From Terriglobia bacterium (lineage in GTDB: Bacteria > Acidobacteriota > Terriglobia > 20CM-2-55-15), in contig CAXWPJ010000012.1 in assembly GCA_963664115.2 (NCBI GenBank), positions 320,001-384,000 on the forward strand: a stretch of DNA of 64,000 nt, in the 5' to 3' direction. The position numbers and the translations under genes were made by a program. Of the stretch, positions 39,188-49,408 are shown piece by piece. The notes below the pieces were generated by a model. That model saw only the letters and a list, made by a program, of their open reading frames with translations, was not told the origin of the DNA and ran no database searches. Within the stretch, counting starts at the first letter, position 1. The number at the start of each line of letters is the position of its first letter.

Positions 39188-40147
39188 ATGAATGTGACAT
39201 CCCTGGACGCAGTCACCTACGGCGTCGACGCACTGCCGGCGGCGAAGACGTTTTGGAACGACTTTGGCCTGACTCTCCTTGACGAAGACGCCTCGCGGCT
39301 CTTGTTTGAGGCCCAGGACAAATCCACCGTCGAGGTCCGTCTGAGCAGCGACACTTCCCTGCCGGGGCCGATTGAAAAGGGCCCGGGAGTCCGGGAGTCA
39401 ATTTTCGGTGTGGCTTCCGAGGCAGATATGGCAGCCATCGAAGCAGAGCTATCCAAAGACCGGCCGGTGAGAAAAGATCCCGACGGCACACTTCACACGA
39501 TCGACCCACTCGGGTTTGGGGTCGGCTTTCGGGTGACGCGCTGCCAGAAGGTCACGGCCCCGGACCCGGAATTCAACATGCCCGGACGCGTGGGCCGTCT
39601 CAACGGTCGCGCAAAGTTCTACGAGTCTGCCCATCCCATGGAGATGACACATGTCGTCTTCATGGTCACGGATACACAGATCGAGATCGATTTTTATGTC
39701 AAGCGTCTGGGCTTCAAAGTAAGCGACAGCTATCCCGGTCTGGCCTACTTTCTGCGGGGCGGGGCGTCCAATAACCACCACAATCTCTTCTTACTGAATC
39801 CGGGAGGCAAGAGTGAAAAACTCGGATTCCATCACCTCGCCTTTGAAATGGCCAACATACACGAAATGTTCGGTGGAGGCCTGAACATGACGCGCAAGGG
39901 ATGGAAGACGATGCTGGGACCCGGACGCCACCCCATTTCCTCATGCTACTTTTGGTATTTCATAAACCCCTGCGGCGGCGGAGCCGAGTACGACTTCGAC
40001 TCCGACGTTGTCGATGAAAACTGGGTGCCTGGAGAGTTCGATCAGAAGCCGGAAGTATTTGCCGAGTGGTGCCTGGAAGCCGGCATGGAAGAGTCCCTCC
40101 TTTACAGAGGCGTTCAGACGGGCGACACGATCAAGGATTCGCAGTAG
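39188..40147 (+). CDS. Two-domain VOC family protein (extradiol dioxygenase-like)
   Basis: HVVF, HHNLFL, FHHLAFE, GPGRHP, FWYF-NP-GG-AEY. Confidence 0.85.
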   Translation: MNVTSLDAVTYGVDALPAAKTFWNDFGLTLLDEDASRLLFEAQDKSTVEVRLSSDTSLPGPIEKGPGVRESIFGVASEADMAAIEAELSKDRPVRKDPDGTLHTIDPLGFGVGFRVTRCQKVTAPDPEFNMPGRVGRLNGRAKFYESAHPMEMTHVVFMVTDTQIEIDFYVKRLGFKVSDSYPGLAYFLRGGASNNHHNLFLLNPGGKSEKLGFHHLAFEMANIHEMFGGGLNMTRKGWKTMLGPGRHPISSCYFWYFINPCGGGAEYDFDSDVVDENWVPGEFDQKPEVFAEWCLEAGMEESLLYRGVQTGDTIKDSQ

Positions 40148-40297
40148 TGGTCAGCGCCTACGGTCGGAGCAGAGAGATCATCATGCTCGGTTTGATCGTT
40201 ATTCTTACGCTGACGCCTCGGCTGCTGCCTCGTTGTCCACCCGCACCGTCGGACCGGTGCGAGTTTTTTCCGGAAGGGGCCGGACACTTCAGTCTAG

Positions 40298-42146
40298 TCC
40301 CTGAACAAGCGTGATTGACGAGGAAATGATAGTGCAATAAGAGCGGAAGTACCCGAAATGCCCCCTCTCCGTGCGAAAAAAACCTTGGACAGATTCTTCG
40401 GAAAAGGAGGCATTTCAGATGAACGATTATACGCGCAAGAACATGAGGAACCGCAAGCGGCGAATCGAACGTCGGCTTGGGGACCGGCATTGGACGGATC
40501 AGGTAGAGCCGATGTTTTCGGCGAGCAACATTCAGTACGAGATGGGAGAGCGGACGCGGGGCACATCGGTTGGTGGTATCGGGACGATGCAACTGGTGGC
40601 GCGGCGGACCGGGCTGATCGAAGCCATCGACAAGGGCGTGCATGTGTTGAAGCGGCACCTGCCGTATCACGAGTCGGATCACGTGCTGAACATCGCCTAC
40701 AACGCCTTGAGCGGAGGAACGTGCCTGGAAGACATCGAACTGCGGCGCAACGATGCGGTGTATCTGGATGCGCTGGGAGCGCAACGGATTCCGGATCCGA
40801 CGACGGCGGGAGACTTCTGCCGGAGATTCGAGGCCGACGACGTGGAGTGTCTGATGGAGGCAACCAATCAAGTCCGGCTCGGAGTCTGGCGACAGCAACC
40901 GGCGGCGTTTTTCGAAGAAGCGGTGTTGGACGCGGACGGGACACTGGCCGAAACCACGGGGGAATGCAAGCAAGGGATGGACGTGGCCTACGACGGGACG
41001 TGGGGATATCACCCGCTGATGATCTCGCTGGCCAACACCGCCGAACCGCTGTATCTGGTCAATCGTAGCGGCAACCGGCCGTCGCATGAAGGAGCCGCGG
41101 TCCGGTTCGACCAAGCCATCGCATTGTGCCGGCATGCGGGGTTTCGCCAGATCCTGCTGCGCGGGGACACGGACTTCAGCCAGACCCGGCATCTGGACGG
41201 ATGGGACGACCAGCAGGTGGGTTTCATATTCGGGATTGACGCGATGGCGAACCTGAAGGCCCGGGCCGATGAACTGGAGCCGCGCCAGTGGAAGCGCCTG
41301 GAACGGCCCGCGAAATACGACGTGGCGACCGAACCGCGCCAACGTCCCGACAACGTGAAGGAAGAGATCGTTCGGCAGCGCGGTTTCGACAATATCCGCT
41401 TGCAGGGTGAGGATGTGGCCGAGTTTCGGTATCGACCCGGAGCCTGCGATCGGGACTACCGTGTCGTCGTGGTGCGGAAGAATCTGTCGGTGGCCAAAGG
41501 AGAGCAGGTGTTGTTTGACGACATCCGGTACTTCTTCTACATTACCAACCGTTCGGATCCGGCCGACCAGATTGTGATGCGTGCCAATCAACGGTGCAAT
41601 CAGGAGAATCTCATTGAGCAGTTGAAGAACGGCGTTCAGGCGTTGCGGATGCCGGTCGGAGATCAGACCAGCAACTGGGCCTACATGGTGATCGCGTCAC
41701 TGGCCTGGACACTGAAAGCGTGGTTTGCATTGCTGCTTCCCGAAACCGGACGTTGGGGCCAAAAATATCAGGCTGAGAAGCAAACCGTGCTGCGCATGGA
41801 GTTCAAAACCTTCTTGAACGCTTTCATGCTTGTGCCGTGCCAACTCGTGCGCACCGGGCGGCGCATTCTGTTCCGGATCCTGGCCTGGAACCGGTGGTTG
41901 CCGGTCTTGTTCCGCGGGGTGGATGTGTTGCGTCAGCCTCTGCGATGTTGACCCGATCATGACTCTGAGCCCAGGCGATCGAGGTCCCGGTTTCTGTCAA
42001 CCGTCCAACACCAGCGAGGCTGAACTGAAACAGATTCAACAGAAACTCGATACCTGGAACAGGCCATCCGGGAACGGGATTCTATGCCTCGAATTCTATC
42101 GGCGCGAACTGGGCCTCGGCGGACTGGTTATGCGCTTGTTTTGGGG
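40298..42146 (+). mobile_element. IS1380-family insertion sequence
   Basis: IRs TCCCTGAACAAGCG / CCCCAAAACAAGCG; CTAG duplicated at 40294-40297 and 42147-42150. Confidence 0.9.
40371..41951 (+). CDS. IS1380 transposase
   Basis: PDPTT-GDF, LDADGT, GYHPL, RSGN, RGDTDF, NQRCNQENLI-QLKNG. Confidence 0.92.
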   Translation: MRKKPWTDSSEKEAFQMNDYTRKNMRNRKRRIERRLGDRHWTDQVEPMFSASNIQYEMGERTRGTSVGGIGTMQLVARRTGLIEAIDKGVHVLKRHLPYHESDHVLNIAYNALSGGTCLEDIELRRNDAVYLDALGAQRIPDPTTAGDFCRRFEADDVECLMEATNQVRLGVWRQQPAAFFEEAVLDADGTLAETTGECKQGMDVAYDGTWGYHPLMISLANTAEPLYLVNRSGNRPSHEGAAVRFDQAIALCRHAGFRQILLRGDTDFSQTRHLDGWDDQQVGFIFGIDAMANLKARADELEPRQWKRLERPAKYDVATEPRQRPDNVKEEIVRQRGFDNIRLQGEDVAEFRYRPGACDRDYRVVVVRKNLSVAKGEQVLFDDIRYFFYITNRSDPADQIVMRANQRCNQENLIEQLKNGVQALRMPVGDQTSNWAYMVIASLAWTLKAWFALLLPETGRWGQKYQAEKQTVLRMEFKTFLNAFMLVPCQLVRTGRRILFRILAWNRWLPVLFRGVDVLRQPLRC

Positions 42147-42363
42147 CTAGTTACACTCGCCAGGCCACAGTGTGGATTGAAGTGTCCGTCCCCTTACGCG
42201 AGTTTAATATTGACTGCCCCGCCTCCGTGGGGTAAATGATGGGCTCTGAATTCGATCTGATGGCTTCAGCGGGACGCCGAGTTTCTTCTGGTAGAGGCGT
42301 ACCCGATGCTCGACCGGATCATCGATCAAACCTGTGTCGACCATGCAATCGAGGAGATACACC

Positions 42364-43164
42364 GTGAAATACGCGTCGAGAAAGAGTCAATCGCCGATCT
42401 TGAGGCTCCTTCTGTTTGGAGGGACCCTGCTCTTATCAAGTTCCTATAGCGCGGTCTCCGCCACACAAACGCCGACGCCGCATAACCCAAGCGTATCCGA
42501 CATCATCGAAACCGACGAAGGCGACCTGACGATCACGCCAATCGGCCATGCCAGCCTGATGATGGAACTTAACGGGCGCACGATACATGTCGACCCGGTC
42601 GGCGATTACTCGGAAATGAGTGACCAGAAAGCCGATATCATCATGATTACCGATATTCACGGTGACCACATGAACCCGGAGTCCGTAAGGTCGATCGCCA
42701 AGACGGGAGCCGTTGTGATTGCCCCGCGCGAAGTGTGGAACACGATCACGACCGCGACGGTTTATTTGAATGGTGAGACCAGCCGCATTACGCTGCCGAA
42801 CACGGTAGTCGGTGTCGAAGCCATTCCTGCCTACAATCTGACGCGCGGACCGGAAGAAGGCCAACTCTACCATCCCATGGGCCGGGGCCAGGGCTATGTC
42901 ATGACGATCGGCGGCACGCGTGTCTTCGTGTCGGGAGACACCGAATGTGTTCCAGAGATTCAGGCCTTAGAAAACATTGACGTCGCCTTTTTACCAATGA
43001 ACCTGCCCTTCACGATGACGCCGGAAGAGGCAGCGGAATGCGCGAAGGCCTTCCGGCCTTCGATCGTATACCCCTATCACTATCGTGGACAAGATCCTGA
43101 GGAATTCGCCAGCGCGCTCAGCGGCGAAAGCGACATTGAAGTTCGAATCCGGGAGTGGTATTAG
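42364..43164 (+). CDS. MBL-fold metallo-hydrolase, secreted
   Basis: GHAS, VDP, TDIHGDH, PAYN, HP-G-G-GY, SGDTE, PYHY; start uncertain. Confidence 0.88.
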   Translation: MKYASRKSQSPILRLLLFGGTLLLSSSYSAVSATQTPTPHNPSVSDIIETDEGDLTITPIGHASLMMELNGRTIHVDPVGDYSEMSDQKADIIMITDIHGDHMNPESVRSIAKTGAVVIAPREVWNTITTATVYLNGETSRITLPNTVVGVEAIPAYNLTRGPEEGQLYHPMGRGQGYVMTIGGTRVFVSGDTECVPEIQALENIDVAFLPMNLPFTMTPEEAAECAKAFRPSIVYPYHYRGQDPEEFASALSGESDIEVRIREWY

Positions 43165-43171
43165 GAAATCT

Positions 43172-43206
43172 GGGACGGACGCGTATTCAGAGTGTCCGTC
43201 CCCTTA
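43172..43206. repeat. REP-like hairpin / terminator
   Basis: GGGACGGACGC-N9-GTGTCCGTCCC. Confidence 0.65.
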
Positions 43207-43293
43207 ATTTTCTTTCCCGCCGCTTGAATTTACTTCCCGGATACACCGATTGGTACTAAGCTAAGAGAAGTGTTTTTCCAAGGGAAGAAGAGC

Positions 43294-43677
43294 ATGCAAC
43301 GTCTACTGACCGCTTTCGTTCTCGTCGCTCTCTTTGCGGGGGTCACCGCGGGAGCCCATCACTCCTTCGCCAGCTTTTACTTCGAAGACGATACGGTATT
43401 GATCGAGGGCGAATTGTTCGAGTTCAATTTCAGAAGCCCCCACGCGTGGCTCTACGTAATGGCCCAGGACGCGGACGGTGAAATGCGCTTGTATGCAGCC
43501 GAATGGGCCAACCCCAACCGCTTGGGCCGCCAGGGTGTCAACGAAGACACGCTCAGTCCCGGTGACCACCTCATCATTGCCGGCAGCCCCGGACGGGATC
43601 CATCCGAACACCAGATCCACCTGAATCGTATCGAACGCCCCGTGGACGGATGGACCTGGCTTCGGAATCGACCCTGA
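43294..43677 (+). CDS. DUF6152-like secreted protein
   Basis: AGA-HHSF, F-SPH, AEW, L-RQG, PGD, G-PGR. Confidence 0.85.
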   Translation: MQRLLTAFVLVALFAGVTAGAHHSFASFYFEDDTVLIEGELFEFNFRSPHAWLYVMAQDADGEMRLYAAEWANPNRLGRQGVNEDTLSPGDHLIIAGSPGRDPSEHQIHLNRIERPVDGWTWLRNRP

Positions 43678-43795
43678 AGGCCGAATTCTTCCCGTTTACT
43701 CCGACCCTCCTGTAGCATGCCTTCGCCAGCGTTGATCTTATCCCCAGCTTCCGATACCATGCCCGCGACCTGGGACGGTAGCAAGACAAAGCCAA

Positions 43796-44299
43796 ATGGA
43801 TGTCCTCATCTGGTTCGAACAAAGCGCCTACGGCACGTGGCTACGCGAGTCGCCTTCGATGTGGGCCTTTCCATTGCCGTTAATCTTGCATGCCATCGGC
43901 ATGGGGTTCCTGGTCGGCACGAACGCCGCCCTCAATTTCAGAATCCTTGGTTTTGCCGCATCCATTCCGCTACGTTCGATGGAACGGGTCTTTCCTGTCA
44001 TGTGGTTCGGTCTGGTGGTCAACGTCCTGTCCGGCATTGCCCTGCTGATGGCGTACCCCATCAAGGCTTTCACGAATCCCGTCTTCTACATCAAATTGAT
44101 TCTCATCGCGCTTGCACTCAGCGTCCTGGCCAAGTTACGAAACTATGTTCGCGGGACCAGCTCGGACGATCTCGTCCCGAATAGAGTCAAGCTGCTTGCA
44201 AGCACCTCGCTCGTGCTCTGGGTCTCGGCAACAACGGCGGGTCGCTTGCTGGCATACACGTACAACCGCCTGACCAGCCAGGACGTTTTCTTTTTCTAA
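43796..44299 (+). CDS. DUF6644-like membrane protein
   Basis: FP---ILHAIGMG, FRILG, SG--L, FYIKL, GRLLAY. Confidence 0.85.
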   Translation: MDVLIWFEQSAYGTWLRESPSMWAFPLPLILHAIGMGFLVGTNAALNFRILGFAASIPLRSMERVFPVMWFGLVVNVLSGIALLMAYPIKAFTNPVFYIKLILIALALSVLAKLRNYVRGTSSDDLVPNRVKLLASTSLVLWVSATTAGRLLAYTYNRLTSQDVFFF

Positions 44300-44301
44300 T
44301 T

Positions 44302-44814
44302 ATGACCGGCTTTCTCAGATCCCTGGACTTCGTGACATCCTTCACATTCTGGCTGGACAACTCGGCCCTATCGGTGTGGGTCATAAGCAACGGGTACTTG
44401 TGGCCTGCACTGGAGTCCATCCACTTCCTCGGACTTTCACTATTGATCGGAACCGTCGGATTATTTGATTTGCGTCTGCTCGGGTTCGCAAGGAACATCG
44501 AGCCAAAGACTCTCCATCGGCTCGTACCTCTGGGTGTGCTCGGGTACGGAATAAACGCGATCACCGGCGCCCTGTTTTTCGTTGGCGACACGGGACAATA
44601 CGTCTACAACGACGCGTTTCACTTCAAAATACTTTTCATGTTGCTGGCCGGTATCAACGTTGCTGTCTTCTATCTCACGACCTATCGGCAGGTTGGAGGG
44701 GTCAGCGCCGGGGGCCACACACCGCTGTTGGCCAAAATTATTGGTGGCATCTCCCTGGTGCTATGGTTGGGCGTCATCACTTGTGGCCGTTTGCTCACCT
44801 TCTACAGGCCTTAG
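44302..44814 (+). CDS. DUF6644-like membrane protein
   Basis: WPALESIHFLG, DLRLLG, ITG-LF, FHFK, GRLLTF. Confidence 0.85.
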   Translation: MTGFLRSLDFVTSFTFWLDNSALSVWVISNGYLWPALESIHFLGLSLLIGTVGLFDLRLLGFARNIEPKTLHRLVPLGVLGYGINAITGALFFVGDTGQYVYNDAFHFKILFMLLAGINVAVFYLTTYRQVGGVSAGGHTPLLAKIIGGISLVLWLGVITCGRLLTFYRP

Positions 44815-45034
44815 CAGTCTCAGGCACAACCCTCTAAGATCGCGTCACTGACAAAGGAAAAAGCTGGAGCTCTTTTGGGATGGTTTCATTTGAGCGGTCG
44901 CGATGCTTTGTCGGCGTGCGTGGACCGGCCCTCAAGCTGGTTACGCGTCAGGCCTCCGGAGGCACAGCATCCCGGCGGACGGTTGTAATGATCGGCCAGG
45001 AACGCGCCAATCATGTGGAAGAAGCGTCGGACTT

Positions 45035-45157
45035 TCAGAAGCATAAATGCAGTGTATCACCCACATCCAGCCAAGCTCCGTCGCAGGCCGCACAACGATC
45101 GATTGCACCGCCTTCCAAGTCAAGCATAATCATCGGTTCGCGACAACGAGGGCACAT
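45035..45157 (-). pseudogene. Zinc-ribbon (zf-TFIIB-like) fragment
   Basis: MCPRCREPM...IDRCAACDGAWLD-G. Confidence 0.5.
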
Positions 45158-45332
45158 AGGAAATTGTGTCTGGTCAGCTTCAGCAATATGTATAGGTGAG
45201 ACGACCCGAATATCCCACGTCCCCGCGATCGGGCAAAGATGGAAACCACCCTCCAATGACACGGGCGTCGATTGACAGCGCGGCGTGATCGTTCCACAAT
45301 AGCCAACATTACGCGACCGGGAGAATTCTCTG

Positions 45333-45740
45333 TTGACGCTGGGACGCAAAACCAAATCCGATGAATTCAAGGGCTTCCTGGACGAAGGAACAGCCCTGAC
45401 CGGAGAACTCAGTTTTTCAGGTACACTGCGCATCGACGGGAGCGTTCACGGCTCCATCAAGACTTCTGACGTTCTGATTGTGGGTCAGCGCGCCTCCATT
45501 CATGCCGACATCAAGGCTGGGGAGGTGCAGATTCACGGCTCCGTGTCCGGCATGATCGATGGTTACCGGCGCGTAGAAATATTTGCAACCGGTCGCGTAC
45601 ATGGCGAAATCCGGACACCGCAGTTGGTCGTTGAAGAAGGGGGACGGTTCGACGGGCGTAGCCGCAGCACATCGGGCGAGGGGGAGGAAACTTCGCCGAC
45701 TCATCCTACATCCGAAGCCAGCCGGGCGCCGAACGAATAG
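45333..45740 (+). CDS. Bactofilin (polymer-forming cytoskeletal protein)
   Basis: GELSFSGTLRIDG-V-G-I, I-G-V-G, G-V-GEI---L-VEEGG-F-G. Confidence 0.9.
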   Translation: MTLGRKTKSDEFKGFLDEGTALTGELSFSGTLRIDGSVHGSIKTSDVLIVGQRASIHADIKAGEVQIHGSVSGMIDGYRRVEIFATGRVHGEIRTPQLVVEEGGRFDGRSRSTSGEGEETSPTHPTSEASRAPNE

Positions 45741-45878
45741 AGACGCGTTGGACGGAAGCGTCTCACTCGGAAGTAAATTCGAATCAATCGCCATCTTCGA
45801 CCGTGGCCGTTCCTCACTTCGCGTTTGCGACTCGGAGACCGCTCAAGTTGGTCCTCGAGGCTGCTTTCACGAGCTGCA

Positions 45879-46481
45879 ATGAGCAAATCACCCGACCCGA
45901 ACCAGTTTGATGAGGAGTTCTTCGACCGGTTCTACAACAGACCCGAAACACGCGCCTCGAGTCCTGAGGAGTTTGCCCGGCTCTCCCGGTTTGTCCTGAG
46001 CTACCTCGAGTACCTGGAGATTCCCCTGAATGAGGTTCTCGATCTCGGGTGCGGGCTGGGCCGTTGGCGGGAAGCTCTCGCGACGCATGATGCGACGATC
46101 GCTTACACCGGCGTCGACGTGTCCCCCTATTTGTGTCGTCAGTACGGGTGGATCGAGGCGTCGGTGAGCGACTTCATGTCCCGGCGCCGATACGACCTTG
46201 TCATCTGCCAGGACGTCCTTCCATACCTGACGCGACGTGGCATTCGTGACGCTCTGGCCAACATTGCGCGGCGCTGCCGGGGGGCCGTGTATCTCCAGGT
46301 TCTCACCGAGGAAGACTGGGACGAGAACCACTGCGATCCTGACCGGACTGACCAAAGCATGAACCGTATCGAAGCGGCATGGTACAGAAAAGCGATTTCC
46401 CGGCACTTCACCAACTGCGGCGGTGGACTCTTCGTCCCTAAAAACAGTGGCGTGGTTCTCTGGGAGCTGGAACGGGCCTAG
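45879..46481 (+). CDS. Class I SAM-dependent methyltransferase
   Basis: VLDLGCGLG, GVDVS, YDLVIC-DVL-Y. Confidence 0.88.
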   Translation: MSKSPDPNQFDEEFFDRFYNRPETRASSPEEFARLSRFVLSYLEYLEIPLNEVLDLGCGLGRWREALATHDATIAYTGVDVSPYLCRQYGWIEASVSDFMSRRRYDLVICQDVLPYLTRRGIRDALANIARRCRGAVYLQVLTEEDWDENHCDPDRTDQSMNRIEAAWYRKAISRHFTNCGGGLFVPKNSGVVLWELERA

Positions 46482-46555
46482 CAGGCAGCCGCGCTTTCCC
46501 AATGATTATCCATCTGTTGGCAGCATTGAGGCTGGAGGCACCTGGTGTCGCCAGC

Positions 46556-48831
46556 CTACTTGGAAGTCATGATCCAGACACCGTCCCAGTCCTCGGCCGG
46601 AGGGTTGGAACGTAGTTGCTGGCAGCGCTCCACATAGAGTTTCGAGAGCTGATCGTCGGGTTCCAGCACCAAGGCTTGGCCGAATGCCTTCTCGGCGTTA
46701 CTCCATTGCTGGCTGCGGTAGGACTGATGCCGTCCCGAAAATGGCCCAGCATCTCGATGATGTTCGGGAATGACTCTTCGGAGTGATAGTCGAGAATTTC
46801 GAACACGTCCACAGGTTGCGTCTTGCCCTTGACGATCACGCGATCGACTTCCCGAACACGGTACGTGCCCTTCACTTGCTTGTATGTGTATTCGCTGACA
46901 AGAACGCATGTGCCATACTGCTTGCACGCACTTTCAAGACGCGACGCCAGATTCACCCCGTCCCCGATGACCGTGTAATCCATCCGCTTGGGTGATCCGA
47001 TGTTTCCGGAGACGATGGAGTCCGTGTTGATGCCGACTCCGATGTTGACTGGTTTCCGGGCCGACGCCGCTCTTTCGGCGTTGAATTCAGCGAGAGCCCG
47101 CATCATGTCGATCGCAGCCCGAACCGCACGGTCCGGATCGTCTTCGTGTGCCACAGGTGTCCCAAACACGGCCATGATCGCGTCGCCGATAAACTTATCC
47201 AGCATTCCTCCCCGTTCCTGAATGCACTCCACCATCAAGGTGAAGTATTCGTTGAGCAAAGCGACCGTCGCCTGAGCACCCAGCTCTTCGGTAAAAGAAG
47301 TAAAGCTGCGAATATCGGAAAACAGCACCGTCGCCACGCTGCTCTGTCCCCCCAGGACGTCCTCATCTGCCTGCAACAGCTTGTCCGCGAGAGATGCGTC
47401 CATATACCGGGACATCGTCGATTTCATGCGCTTTTCGCCACTGATGTCCTCGATCATGATCATTGATCCCAGCTTCTTTCCGTTGGTGCTGATTAACGGC
47501 ATGATCGTTACGTTCGCGGAGACCGTCTCCTCGCCGAACTCCATTTCCGTGTCCATCATGACGTCCTGGGCCTGGCTGTCGACGACCTGCGCCATCTTCT
47601 CAAGCACCCACGCATTGCTGTCACTGAAGAACTCCGCGGCGGGTTTCAAGAGGACATCGGTGTCTTTGGCCTTCATGATCTCGAGTCCGGCCCTGTTGCA
47701 GGTCAGAATGATTCCATCCTCGTTCACCGTCATCACACCGCTCGCCATACTTTCGAGCATGCTCTCACTGTAATTCTTCATGTTCTGAACGTCGTCGAAG
47801 AGCTTGGCGTTTTCCAGCCCGATGGCAATCTGTGAAGTGAAGGCCTTGAGTCGGGCTTCGTCATCGTCGGTGAATGGACCGCCTTTTTTGTTCAGAACCT
47901 GCGTGACTCCAATCGCCTTCCCTTTCTTGTTGATCACAGGTACGCAAAGAATGGAACGGGTAAAGAACCCGGTCTGCCTGTCAAAGCTGGGATTGAACCG
48001 GAGGTCGGCATACGCATGCGGGATATTCATGCTCTCGCAAGAGGTGAACACGGTTCCGGCGATGCCCGCCGTATTGGGTAATCGGATCTGGGTCGCGCCC
48101 AGGCCCTGACCGATTTCAGTAAACAACTCCTTCGTTTTTTCGTCGTTGATGAAAAGCGTCGACCTTTCCGCGTCCAGCATTTGCGTCACAGTTGCGATCA
48201 ACTTCTGGAGCAAGGGGCCGAGCTTGAGCTCCGAGGAAACCTCGGACACAACGTTGAGAAACTCCAGCTCCTGTTGCCGCGCACTTTCAATGTTCTCAAC
48301 GATGCGGAGATTCTCGAGCGCAATCGCAGCCTGCTCGATCATGGCTTCCAGCAGATCGAGGTCATCACGGGTGAAATCTCCATCCTTCTTGTTCAGAAGC
48401 TGAGAAACTCCGATCTTGTCACCGCGAAGCGTCAGCAGAGGAGCGCACAGAATACTCGTGGTCGTGTAACCGGTTTTGCTGTCAACTTCTGGATTAAATC
48501 TCTCGTCTGCATAGGCGTCATTGATGACCGCGCCTTCACCGGTCGTAAACACGTGCCCAGCGACCCCGGTCGTATTCAGCATCCGTATCTCGCGACTGAA
48601 GTTCCCGTCGGCTACGCGTGTATAGAGTTCGTCGGAGGCGGCATCGTTCAGGAAAATCGATCCGCGCTCGGCACCGATTGTGGCAGCTGTCAGCTCGACC
48701 AGCGTATCGAGGGCTTCGGTCAGCGTTTTCGACAACGCGAGGCTGTTGGAAACACCCAGAAGCAATTCGGGAGAAGGTAAGCTCCGGCTTCGGGTTTGGG
48801 TCGTTTCCTTTGGGTCACTTATGTCGCGCAT
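46556..48831 (-). CDS. GAF-GAF-PAS class III adenylate/guanylate cyclase with a frameshift in the C-terminal TPR tail
   Basis: NKKxG-F GAF motifs, FSDIRSFT, DKFIGDA, DYTVIGDGVNLASRLE; tail ...WDGVWIMTSK continues in another frame after about 46726. Confidence 0.88.
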
Positions 48832-49297
48832 GCAGATTTTCCAGTTCCTGTCTCAAGACGGTAATCGTGTCCTGAAGCTGTGCCCTCTCACTATGGTAAC
48901 GCCGCTCCAAGACCTGCTCCCTATCCTCGGCTTCGAGCCGGTTGGTTTCCAGAGTGTCTCGCAGTGCATTTACGGCATTTCTGAGTTGAGTGATTTCACC
49001 GTTGGCATGCGCCACGGCCTGTTCGGTGCGTTCTTCCTCTCCAATACGGCGGCGTTCCAGTTCATCACGCAAGGCATTAATGGTTTGCTGCAGTTGCACA
49101 ATTTCGGTGTTTGCCGCTGCAACAGCTCTCTGCGTCCGCTCATCCTCGCCGATCCGAAACTGCTCCAGTTCATTCCTTTGCGCGCTGATGGTTTCCTTCA
49201 GTTGCCGGACTTCACCATGCATCGCTGCCAGTGATTTCTCGAACTGTTCAATGTCATTCGCCATGGTGTCCGTCTGAGAGTGTGAATGCGACATCAA
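48815..49297 (-). CDS. Coiled-coil protein with an internal repeat
   Basis: Repeated RIGE-ERT--AVA-AN-EI-QL---NALRD; overlaps the cyclase start. Confidence 0.75.
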   Translation of the reverse strand: MMSHSHSQTDTMANDIEQFEKSLAAMHGEVRQLKETISAQRNELEQFRIGEDERTQRAVAAANTEIVQLQQTINALRDELERRRIGEEERTEQAVAHANGEITQLRNAVNALRDTLETNRLEAEDREQVLERRYHSERAQLQDTITVLRQELENLHARHK

Positions 49298-49408
49298 TCC
49301 GCCTCACCCGTCCCACGACGGTCTCTCCATTCCGAGCCTGTAGTATATTGTCAAATCGGGAGAAGCTATTCAAAAGCGGTCTGAGAATACACAGAGGAGG
49401 ACCCCACG

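Larger units (their letters stand above)
40274..42195. repeat. REP-like hairpin arms split by IS1380 (40274-40291 and 42178-42195)
   Basis: AAGGGGCCGGACACTTCA / TGAAGTGTCCGTCCCCTT (17/18 complementary); related intact hairpin at 43172-43202. Confidence 0.75.

Noticed and set aside
38901-39191. 96-aa ORF with signal-like start
   Set aside because: May be a gene fragment, but no family can be supported beyond the first 40 residues.
40158-41591. 477-aa minus-strand ORF
   Set aside because: Antisense shadow of the IS1380 transposase; long shadows are expected at this GC content.
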